Assembly (NCBI GenBank): GCA_965206745.1
Contig: OZ242220.1
Coordinates: 576,001 to 640,000, forward strand
Length of the DNA: 64,000 bases
From: Nitrosopumilus sp.
GTDB lineage: Archaea; Thermoproteota; Nitrososphaeria; Nitrososphaerales; Nitrosopumilaceae
Reading direction: 5' to 3'
Of this stretch, positions 40,044 through 51,600 are shown piece by piece. Under the pieces are notes generated by a model that saw only the letters and a list, made by a program, of their open reading frames with translations, was not told the DNA's origin and made no database searches. The position numbers and the translations under genes were made by a program. Each line of letters starts with the position of its first letter. The first letter of the stretch is position 1.

Positions 40044-41170
40044 TACTGTGTCTTTTTATCATGAAGTCTTTTTAAATGCTGTAGGGTCTTTTTGAGGATC
40101 TCTATGCCTCTGAGATATTCGTCCACTGAGACTTTCTCATCAATTGTATGGGCCTCGTGAGGATCCCCAGGACCGTACGTGACTACCGGTATCTTCCACT
40201 GGTTTCCAAGGACGTTCATGTCCCCGGTACCCGTCTTTCTAATTAGGGTGGGCCTTGAATGCTCAGTCTCGATAACTCCAAGTGTAAATGCCCTGACTAG
40301 CGGTGAACTGTGAGGTGCCTCAAACGGCTCTGTTTCATCAAGAATCGAATAAAATGCCTCCACCTTTCTCTCCTGGGAGATCTCCTTGACAAGTGTGGAG
40401 ATTTTCTGCTCAATGGATTTGCAATTCATGTCTACGGGAATTCTGATATCAAAGGTTGTCTCACATTCCTTTGGGGTGACATTGTGGCTTGTTCCTCCCC
40501 TTATCTCTGTTACAGTTGCAGTAAGTAGCATCCCCTTTGTCTTTCCCTCCTGATCTGCCTCCAGCTTTTCTTTGAGTTCCCTTGCAAAGATCGTTGATTC
40601 TATGATTGCATTCTTTGACAACCACGGGGCGCTTGCATGGGAGCTGTCCTCGACGCTGATCCTCAGATTGATTGCCAGTCTTCCCTTGTATGCGATGGTC
40701 ACCTGCTTGATTCCGCTTGGCTCGCCAAAGATCGCATAGTCTATGTCCATCTTCTTCTTGACTATGTTCTTGATTCCAGTCGCGTTTCCTTCTTCATCCA
40801 CTGCCCCGACAAAAATTATTGTCCCGTTGTTGTTCTGGACTGACGCTGCTGCAAACAGCATTGCCATCAATGGCGCCTTTGCATCTGATGCGCCTCTGCC
40901 GTAAAGCGAGTCCCCCTCCCTTCTGACCTTGACCTTGCCTGGGACCACATCCATGTGTCCGCACAGCATGATTCTTGGGGAGCCTGAGCCCTTTCTTGCT
41001 ATCATGTTTCCTACTTCGTCAATCTGGATGTCCTCAAACCCCAGGTCGTCGCATTTGTCTGCCAGGAATTCTGCCATCGGCTTTTCGCTTAGAGACGGCG
41101 TGTACATTCTCAGTGCCTTCTCTAGCATCTTTACTGCAAATCTTGGTGTCACTGTAAAATTGGTGTCCAA
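40043..41170 (-). CDS. lysK: [LysW]-lysine/[LysW]-ornithine hydrolase (M20)
   Basis: GHMDVV, GRGASDAK, DEEG, TGTGDMN, YGPGD...HT; lysW-lysX-lysK order. Confidence 0.9.
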   Translation of the reverse strand: MDTNFTVTPRFAVKMLEKALRMYTPSLSEKPMAEFLADKCDDLGFEDIQIDEVGNMIARKGSGSPRIMLCGHMDVVPGKVKVRREGDSLYGRGASDAKAPLMAMLFAAASVQNNNGTIIFVGAVDEEGNATGIKNIVKKKMDIDYAIFGEPSGIKQVTIAYKGRLAINLRISVEDSSHASAPWLSKNAIIESTIFARELKEKLEADQEGKTKGMLLTATVTEIRGGTSHNVTPKECETTFDIRIPVDMNCKSIEQKISTLVKEISQERKVEAFYSILDETEPFEAPHSSPLVRAFTLGVIETEHSRPTLIRKTGTGDMNVLGNQWKIPVVTYGPGDPHEAHTIDEKVSVDEYLRGIEILKKTLQHLKRLHDKKTQ

Positions 41171-41173
41171 TTC

Positions 41174-42016
41174 CTACTTTTCTATCTCCAGTGCATAGTC
41201 TAGCATTAGGGAGGGAATGTCCACGTTACACACCCTTACCGTGTTTTTGTATTCAGTAGTATTATTTACCTCGTGGACAACCAGTCCCTTCTCATCGCTT
41301 TCCATCAAATCCACGCCCACGATGTCCCCTTGAACTGCCTGCTTTGCCTTGATGCACATCTCCTCCATCTCCTCGGTGACTTTGCATGGTTCGGCTATCC
41401 CTCCGAGTGCCATGTTTGTCTTCCAGTGCTTGGAGGTTCTGTAGATTGCTGCTACTATCTTGTCTCCGACCATAATTGATCTGATGTCCCTTGGAGGCCT
41501 CTTTACAAACTCTTCCAAATAGTGAACCTGATAAATGGGATACATCTTTTCTCTGCTTTCGATGATTCCCTCTGCTGCATCCCTGTCATTTAGTTTTGAG
41601 ATAAGCCTTCCCCAACTGCCGACAGTTGGCTTGATGACTCTCGGATATCCGTGCAAGTCCAGCGACTCTAATGCCGCATCCTTTGAAAAAGCCACAGTCG
41701 CATCCGGCGTCGGCACTTTGAATTTCTTTAGCAGCATGTGTGTGAACAATTTGTTTCCGGCAAAGACTCCTGTGTTTAGGCAATTGATTACCCTGACGCC
41801 CAGTCCTTCAAGGGCCGCAGTTGAGTGCAGATTTCTATAATAGCTTACGCATCTCTGAATAACTATGCCGTAATCCTGCGGCTTTTTTTCCAAATCTATT
41901 GCCAGTTTCTTACAATCGAGCATCTGAATGTTGATGTTCTTTTTTTTACCTGCCTCTAGCAGAGCCTTTTCTTCCCAACGGATCGAATCGTAAAGAATGG
42001 TAACGTCGGGGTTCAC
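41174..42016 (-). CDS. lysX: Alpha-aminoadipate--LysW ligase LysX (ATP-grasp)
   Basis: KPTVGSWGR, RDIRS, WKTNMALGG, HEVNNTTEYKNT; GTG start overlaps the lysW stop (GTGA). Confidence 0.92.
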   Translation of the reverse strand: MNPDVTILYDSIRWEEKALLEAGKKKNINIQMLDCKKLAIDLEKKPQDYGIVIQRCVSYYRNLHSTAALEGLGVRVINCLNTGVFAGNKLFTHMLLKKFKVPTPDATVAFSKDAALESLDLHGYPRVIKPTVGSWGRLISKLNDRDAAEGIIESREKMYPIYQVHYLEEFVKRPPRDIRSIMVGDKIVAAIYRTSKHWKTNMALGGIAEPCKVTEEMEEMCIKAKQAVQGDIVGVDLMESDEKGLVVHEVNNTTEYKNTVRVCNVDIPSLMLDYALEIEK

Positions 42017-42180
42017 TGTCCCCAATCCTCGCCAACCGTTTGGGCTGGCTTTAGATCGAAGCCGTCTGAACCTTTAGCTAATTCAAAACTTGCGCCACAT
42101 TCAGGACATGTTACGATTTCCCCTTCAAGTGCATCACTTGGTACTGAAATATCTGCATCACATTCTTCACATTTTGACAT
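42013..42180 (-). CDS. lysW: Amino-group carrier protein LysW (55 aa; ends EDWGQ; not in ORF track)
   Basis: MSKCEECDADISVPSDALEGEIVTCPECGASFELAKGSDGFDLKPAQTVGEDWGQ; two CxxC; immediately upstream of lysX. Confidence 0.93.
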   Translation of the reverse strand: MSKCEECDADISVPSDALEGEIVTCPECGASFELAKGSDGFDLKPAQTVGEDWGQ

Positions 42181-42678
42181 GTCTCTTCTTCATTACGCCT
42201 TTATTTATCGTTAATTATCTTGTTGCCCCCTGCCGTGCATGTTTGGGATTGCCGGTAAACTCTTTGACTGGTGCTAGGCTGATTACTCATAATTCCGCTG
42301 ATGGGCAACTGCATGTGAAATCGGTTCCCGTCTTTGGGTTGCCCTGGTATTACTCATGGGCACTTGTGCCGGCAAGTTCGCAGTCTTGTGATTGCAGAAT
42401 CCGTCCCTTGCTCATATTCATAAATGCTGATTTCAAAGTGACTAACTTTGTGCCTTGTTTTGCCCTGAATGTGGTTTTGAGGGCTAAACGAGAATTGATA
42501 CTACTATGTGCATGCATGTCTGTCACTATTTCCACAGATGTAATGGGGGAATCATCTCTTTTTTTACTAGGCATGAATCAATACAATTGAGGATATTTTT
42601 TGTGTCTATTTTTTTTGAATATCTGTCTCTACCTGCAATTGTGTTAAATTGTTATATGTGATACTTGTTCTGTTTTTT

Positions 42679-45600
42679 ATGAACGGGACATGGGGCATTA
42701 TATCTGTAATCTGCCTCGGCCTCTCTTTTGGTGTTATTCCCGCATTTGCACAAACCGATAACCCTATAATATTTCCCACTGCTTTTTCAGAATCTGACAG
42801 AACAGGTCACACACCTGACATATTCGTATTTCAATTTTCTCGAGCTGATCCGAGTAATGGTGCATGGCAAATCAGGAGCGATACTGATGGTTGTAGAATA
42901 CTTCCCCGCGATATTCACCCTCAGTCTGGAGTGTTCACCTGGCAAATACCTCTTCTATCTGAACCCACAACATGTGAGGTAACAGTAAGTCGCACTGGCA
43001 ATGATCCCACATCAAGACAATTTGAGTTGCATATCTATCGAACTATTGTACTGCCACGTGTAGATATAACTGAAGGCCAAGTACCTCCCAGTCTTTCAAC
43101 TATTATACCAAATTCTAATGAAGGTGTGCCAGACTCTGTATCGAAATATGAAATTACTCGACCTTCTGGTATTCACATACAAAGAAATGAGCAAGTAGAT
43201 TTATTTGCAGAAATGCTAGCGTCTCTAGATGAAGAAACCGGTGATTTTTCACGATCACTTGCATGTGATGCGATAAGAGATGGTCACGAATTTGCAGATT
43301 TTGACTTTCTTTTGAGATTTGAAGATAGTACTGATGTGACCTTTGGACTTGGTCTGATGAGAATAAGCAATGCTGAAAACTGTAATCAGAGGCCTACTTT
43401 CAGTCCGGAGTATGACGCAGATATATTCGTAGGTGATACAATTCCTTCCCTTGCTGACACAGTTAACAACCCTGATCATCCCTCCGACCCCATATCGAGA
43501 TATCGCATCACAGATAGAGGTTCTGAACCAAGTTTGCCTGATTACATTGTAGAGTCTCTGGATCCGAATACTGGTGAATTTTCAGCACCGTTTCTGTGTG
43601 CTTCAATTGGTAGCGATGTTCAAAGAGAGTTTAGTTTTGATTGGACATTTGCAGATGGCACCGGCGAATATGCTCAACCTGGCATGATAAGAGTGACTAA
43701 TGGTGATGCATGCACATTTGATCGAGCATATGCAGTAGAGCTGCTCGAAGGCCAAATACCTCCTCCTTTATCTGACTCTATTCCAAACTTTGAAGATCCA
43801 CAAGACCCTGCAACGGAATACAGCATCGATCAAGGGAATCTTTCGAACCCTTTGCCTGATTACATTGTAGAGTCTCTGAACCCAACAACCGGTGAATTTA
43901 CAGCACCGTTTGCATGTGACACACTTCCAAATTCAGACGGCGGATCTACTTCCCGAGTGCCCTTCGACTGGACCTTTGAAAATAGTGATGTAGATTCGGG
44001 GACTCAGCTAGGTTCTATGACCGTATTAGAAGATCTAAATTGTAATGACATACCTACTTTTACTCAGTATAGCTCGACAGTATCAGAAGGTGTCGTACCT
44101 CTTTCTCTTTCCAGTGCAGTTATAAATCCTGATCTGGTTCAGGGAGATCCTGTATCGGTATACAGAATCAAATCTGGAGACCTGCCTCAAAGTTTCATTG
44201 ATTCCCTGAATGCCAATAGTGAATTTGCAGATCATGGTACATTTGACTCATTCTCGTTTGATACTGTATCTACTCAACAAGGTTCCAGGGTCTTTGAGTT
44301 TGTTTGGACCTTTGAGGACGGCACCGGGGAATCAGGAAACCAGAACGGCATACTAACTGTAAATAACATGAACCGAGCACCGACAATAGATGATCCTATT
44401 TCAAATTTCCCTTCGTTTCTTCGTACAAATGAACTAGTATCCTTTCCCCTGATGGGCATTGATCCTGACGATGATACCCTAATCTGGGATATCTCCTCAC
44501 CTGACCTCGGAGCTAGCATTGACCAAGACGGAATATTCTCATGGACTCCACTAGAACAGCATGTCGGTATGAATGAATTCACATTTACCCTGACTGACTC
44601 TGTTTTAACTGCTGTTCCTCGATCTCATACATTTGATGTACGTATACCGCCTACCATTGTTGAATATCGAGAGACAGTATCGGAGAATGGCCCCATTCCT
44701 TCCCTATCAAGCGTAGTTACAAACCCTGATGCGAATCTTGCCGACGCTCCATCGATATATCGCATCAAATCTGGAAACCTGCCTGAATCTATCATGAATT
44801 CTCTTGAAAACAATGGTCGATTTGACACCACGTTCCCATTTAATACCACAAATAATGCACAAAGTTCCAGAGTCTTTGAGTTTGTTTGGACCTTTGAGGG
44901 CAATACTGGGGAATCAGGGAACCAGAACGGCAAAATTACTGTAACCAACTTCAACCGGCCACCTACCATACAACCTCCAAGTAATAACTTTCGAGTACAT
45001 GATGTTGATCAACACATAACATTTAACCTGACAGGCCATGATCCTGATACTGATACTGGCACAGGTGATCCTCCACCAATATGGGACGTATCAGATAATT
45101 CCATCATTGACACTGGTGCAATAATTCATCAGAACGGCACATTCTCGTGGATTTCAGATTCAAGGTTTGATGGTGAGGATCCATTTAGGTTTACATTCAC
45201 TCTGACTGATGTTGGCAACAAACAAGCAGAGACATTTGTTACCGTTCGTATAACTACTGATCCAATCATTGCACCTGACGGTTCCTCAACTGAGACAGAA
45301 GGTAACCTAGTAAGCACTCAATTTGGAGAAGACGGCCCAGGCCCCAGAACCTGTACCACTGATTCCATACTGCCTGAAAGTCTCACACTTACAGTTACTA
45401 ATCGTAGTACTAAATGTATCCTAACTGGGACTCTAAGCCTTGATGCCATAACTAACGGTTTGACATCGCAGGAATTTCCAATAGTATACATAACAAACAC
45501 CACTGGCATCTTTGCTTCAGGTACACATACCCTGACAGTCAAGGAACTGCCTTTATTTGATTCCTACGAAGAGACAGTAGCAGAAGGTGATACTCTTCCA

Positions 45601-48600
45601 TCTTTGTATAGTACAGTTATAGATCCTGATCTGATTCCAGAAACTATCTCCGGATATACAGTCAGAGACGGCAACCTGCCTCCTTACATTACAGATCTTT
45701 TGAATCCTGTCACCGGCGAATTTGATGGCACCATTCCATTTGATGCTGTAACCTCTGCACAAGGTTTTGTAACCTTTGACTTTGATTGGATATTTACAGA
45801 TGGCATTGGATCATCAGGGATGCAGTCTGGTACCATAACTGTAACCAACACCAACCGGCCCCCGACAATCAATACAGGTCAAGATGATGTTGGTACAACA
45901 CGTGATGAGCACGAACTGGTAATGTTTACCCTGGATGGTTCTGATGATGATACTGCCACAGGCGATGATCCACCGATATGGCGCGTATCATCTGCTGACA
46001 CTGCCGCTAATGACAATGCAACGATTATGGACAATAGGGACTTTCGGTGGACTCCAGATGACAGTCACGGCAGCAGCACAATCACATTTACATTCACTCT
46101 GGATGATTCTGTAGCTGAGCCGGTCACTCGAAATATCAAATTTGATGTGCGAGAGGTAAACATACGGCCAACCCTGTCTGAACCATACTTTGTTAATGTC
46201 ACCGAGGGAGGTGAGATATCTCGTTCCCTCTCAGATGTGATTGTTGATCCCGACGAGATTCCGTCAACTATCATGATGTATGGACTAGCATCTGACCAAA
46301 CACTGCCTCTTGGCATAATGCTAAACTCTGATGGATCATTTTCAGGAACTGTATCACGTGATGCGACAACTGCTACAGACTCGCCACAAATTTATGAGTT
46401 CGACTATACATACGATGATGGTACAATCCCACCTTTCTCTAGTACCGGCATGATAAATGTGACCAACGCCAACCAACTACCCATAATAGATCCTATCACG
46501 GGCATCAACACAGAACCCCATGTGGGAGAGACAGTAGAGTATAACCTGAGAGGTACTGATCCTGACGATGATGTCACAATCTGGGGTATCTCCTCACCTG
46601 ACCTCGGGGCTACCATTGACCAAGACGGAATGTTCTCATGGACTCCACGTGAAGAGCATGCAAATATGCAAGTACTAACGTTCACCCTGACAGACTCTAT
46701 AGACCTGCCTGTCACAGCTCCTGTCACCTTTACAGTCAACCCAAATAATCTGCCGACATTTACCAGTTACACCCAAACAGTATCTGAAGGCCAAACACCT
46801 CTTTCTCTTTCCAGTGCAGTTACAAACCCTGAGGAGAGTTCACCAGACCCCGTATCCATATACGAAATCATACCCGGAGTCCTGCCTGACTCCATCATGA
46901 ATTCCCTATACCCAAACAACGGCTCGTTTGACAGTCCCGTCCCATTTGAAACACTGCCTGCCGGGACTGATTCCATGACCTACGAGTTCCAGTGGACATT
47001 TACAGACGGCACCGGACCATCAGGGAACCAGGACGGCACACTAACTGTAACCAACACCAACCGGCCCCCGACAATAGATCCTATCATCGGCATCAACACA
47101 GAGCCGCATGTGGGGGAGACAGTAGAGTATAACCTGAGAGGTACTGATCCTGACGATGATGTCACAATCTGGGGTATCTCCTCACCTGACCTCGGAGCTA
47201 CCATTGACCAAGACGGAATGTTCTCATGGACTCCACGTGAAGAGCATGCAAATATGCAAGTACTAACGTTCACCCTGACAGACTCTATAGACCTGCCTGT
47301 CACAGCTCCTGTCACCTTTACAGTCAACCCAAATAATCTGCCGACATTTACCAGTTACACCCAAACAGTATCTGAAGGCCAAACACCTCTTTCTCTTTCC
47401 AGTGCAGTTACAAACCCTGAGGAGAGTTCACCAGACCCCGTATCCATATACGAAATCATACCCGGAGTCCTGCCTGACTCCATCATGGGTTCCCTATACC
47501 CAAACAACGGCTCGTTTGACAGTCCCGTCCCATTTGAAACACTGCCTGCCGGGACTGATTCCATGACCTACGAGTTCCAGTGGACATTTACAGACGGCAC
47601 CGGACCATCAGGGAACCAGGACGGCACACTAACTGTAACCAACACCAACCGGCCCCCGACAATAGATCCTATCATCGGCATCAACACAGAGCCGCATGTG
47701 GGGGAGACGGTACTATTTGACCTGGAAGGCACTGATCCTGACGATGATGTCACAATCTGGGGTATCTCCTCACCTGACCTCGGAGCTACCATTGACCAAG
47801 ACGGAATGTTCTCATGGACTCCACGTGAAGAGCATGCAAATATGCAAGTACTAACGTTCACCCTGACAGACTCTATAGACCTGCCTGTCACAGCTCCTGT
47901 CACCTTTACAGTCAACCCAAATAATCTGCCGACATTTACCAGTTACACCCAAACAGTATCTGAAGGCCAAACACCTCTTTCTCTTTCCAGTGCAGTTACA
48001 AACCCTGAGGAGAGTTCACCAGACCCCGTATCCATATACGAAATCATACCCGGAGTCCTGCCTGACTCCATCATGGGTTCCCTATACCCAAACAACGGCT
48101 CGTTTGACAGTCCCGTCCCATTTGAAACACTGCCTGCCGGGACTGATTCCATGACCTACGAGTTCCAGTGGACATTTACAGACGGCACCGGACCATCAGG
48201 GAACCAGGACGGCACACTAACTGTAACCAACACCAACCGGCCCCCGACAATAGATCCTATCATCGGCATCAACACAGAGCCGCATGTGGGGGAGACGGTA
48301 CTATTTGACCTGGAAGGCACTGATCCTGACGATGATGTCACAATCTGGGGTATCTCCTCACCTGACCTCGGAGCTACCATTGACCAAGACGGAATGTTCT
48401 CATGGACTCCACGTGAAGAGCATGCAAATATGCAAGTACTAACGTTCACCCTGACAGACTCTATAGACCTGCCTGTCACAGCTCCTGTCACCTTTACAGT
48501 CAACCCAAATAATCTGCCGACATTTACCAGTTACACCCAAACAGTATCTGAAGGCCAAACACCTCTTTCTCTTTCCAGTGCAGTTACAAACCCTGAGGAG

Positions 48601-51600
48601 AGTTCACCAGACCCCGTATCCATATACGAAATCATACCCGGAGTCCTGCCTGACTCCATCATGGGTTCCCTATACCCAAACAACGGCTCGTTTGACAGTC
48701 CCGTCCCATTTGAAACACTGCCTGCCGGGACTGATTCCATGACCTACGAGTTCCAGTGGACATTTACAGACGGCACCGGACCATCAGGGAACCAGGACGG
48801 CACACTAACTGTAACCAACACCAACCGGCCCCCGACAATAGATCCTATCATCGGCATCAACACAGAGCCGCATGTGGGGGAGACGGTACTATTTGACCTG
48901 GAAGGCACTGATCCTGACGATGATGTCACAATCTGGGGTATCTCCTCACCTGACCTCGGAGCTACCATTGACCAAGACGGAATGTTCTCATGGACTCCAC
49001 GTGAAGAGCATGCAAATATGCAAGTACTAACGTTCACCCTGACAGACTCTATAGACCTGCCTGTCACAGCTCCTGTCACCTTTACAGTCAACCCAAATAA
49101 TCTGCCGACATTTACCAGTTACACCCAAACAGTATCTGAAGGCCAAACACCTCTTTCTCTTTCCAGTGCAGTTACAAACCCTGAGGAGAGTTCACCAGAC
49201 CCCGTATCCATATACGAAATCATACCCGGAGTCCTGCCTGACTCCATCATGGGTTCCCTATACCCAAACAACGGCTCGTTTGACAGTCCCGTCCCATTTG
49301 AAACACTGCCTGCCGGGACTGATTCCATGACCTACGAGTTCCAGTGGACATTTACAGACGGCACCGGACCATCAGGGAACCAGGACGGCACACTAACTGT
49401 AACCAACACCAACCGGCCCCCGACAATAGATCCTATCATCGGCATCAACACAGAGCCGCATGTGGGGGAGACGGTACTATTTGACCTGGAAGGCACTGAT
49501 CCTGACGATGATGTCACAATCTGGGGTATCTCCTCACCTGACCTCGGAGCTACCATTGACCAAGACGGAATGTTCTCATGGACTCCACGTGAAGAGCATG
49601 CAAATATGCAAGTACTAACGTTCACCCTGACAGACTCTATAGACCTGCCTGTCACAGCTCCTGTCACCTTTACAGTCAACCCAAATAATCTGCCGACATT
49701 TACCAGTTACACCCAAACAGTATCTGAAGGCCAAACACCTCTTTCTCTTTCCAGTGCAGTTACAAACCCTGAGGAGAGTTCACCAGACCCCGTATCCATA
49801 TACGAAATCATACCCGGAGTCCTGCCTGACTCCATCATGGGTTCCCTATACCCAAACAACGGCTCGTTTGACAGTCCCGTCCCATTTGAAACACTGCCTG
49901 CCGGGACTGATTCCATGACCTACGAGTTCCAGTGGACATTTACAGACGGCACCGGACCATCAGGGAACCAGGACGGCACACTAACTGTAACCAACACCAA
50001 CCGGCCCCCGACAATAGATCCTATCATCGGCATCAACACAGAGCCGCATGTGGGGGAGACGGTACTATTTGACCTGGAAGGCACTGATCCTGACGATGAT
50101 GTCACAATCTGGGGTATCTCCTCACCTGACCTCGGAGCTACCATTGACCAAGACGGAATGTTCTCATGGACTCCACGTGAAGAGCATGCAAATATGCAAG
50201 TACTAACGTTCACCCTGACAGACTCTATAGGCCCGCCTGTCACAGCTCCTGTCACCTTTACAGTCAACCCAAATAATCTGCCGACATTTACCAGTTACAC
50301 CCAAACAGTATCTGAAGGCCAAACACCTCTTTCTCTTTCCAGTGCAGTTACAAACCCTGAGGAGAGTTCACCAGACCCCGTATCCATATACGAAATCATA
50401 CCCGGAGTCCTGCCTGACTCCATCATGAATTCCCTATACCCAAACAACGGCTCGTTTGACAGTCCCGTCCCATTTGAAACACTGCCTGCCGGGACTGATT
50501 CCATGACCTACGAGTTCCAGTGGACATTTACAGACGGCACCGGACCATCAGGGAACCAGGACGGCACACTAACTGTAACCAACACCAACCGGCCCCCGAC
50601 AATAGATCCTATCATCGGCATCAACACAGAGCCGCATGTGGGGGAGACGGTACTATTTGACCTGGAAGGCACTGATCCTGACGATGATGTCACAATCTGG
50701 GGTATCTCCTCACCTGACCTCGGAGCTACCATTGACCAAGACGGAATGTTCTCATGGACTCCACGTGAAGAGCATGCAAATATGCAAGTACTAACGTTCA
50801 CCCTGACAGACTCTATAGACCTGCCTGTCACAGCTCCTGTCACCTTTACAGTCAACCCAAATAATCTGCCGACATTTACCAGTTACACCCAAACAGTATC
50901 TGAAGGCCAAACACCTCTTTCTCTTTCCAGTGCAGTTACAAACCCTGAGGAGAGTTCACCAGACCCCGTATCCATATACGAAATCATACCCGGAGTCCTG
51001 CCTGACTCCATCATGGGTTCCCTATACCCAAACAACGGCTCGTTTGACAGTCCCGTCCCATTTGAAACACTGCCTGCCGGGACTGATTCCATGACCTACG
51101 AGTTCCAGTGGACATTTACAGACGGCACCGGACCATCAGGGAACCAGGACGGCACACTAACTGTAACCAACACCAACCGGCCCCCGACAATAGATCCTAT
51201 CATCGGCATCAACACAGAGCCGCATGTGGGGGAGACGGTACTATTTGACCTGGAAGGCACTGATCCTGACGATGATGTCACAATCTGGGGTATCTCCTCA
51301 CCTGACCTCGGAGCTACCATTGACCAAGACGGAATGTTCTCATGGACTCCACGTGAAGAGCATGCAAATATGCAAGTACTAACGTTCACCCTGACAGACT
51401 CTATAGACCTGCCTGTCACAGCTCCTGTCACCTTTACAGTCAACCCAAATAATCTGCCGACATTTACCAGTTACACCCAAACAGTATCTGAAGGCCAAAC
51501 ACCTCTTTCTCTTTCCAGTGCAGTTACAAACCCTGAGGAGAGTTCACCAGACCCCGTATCCATATACGAAATCATACCCGGAGTCCTGCCTGACTCCATC

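Noticed and set aside
42090-42590. 166-aa plus-strand ORF at the island's left edge
   Set aside because: Overlaps lysW antisense, atypical composition, no motifs
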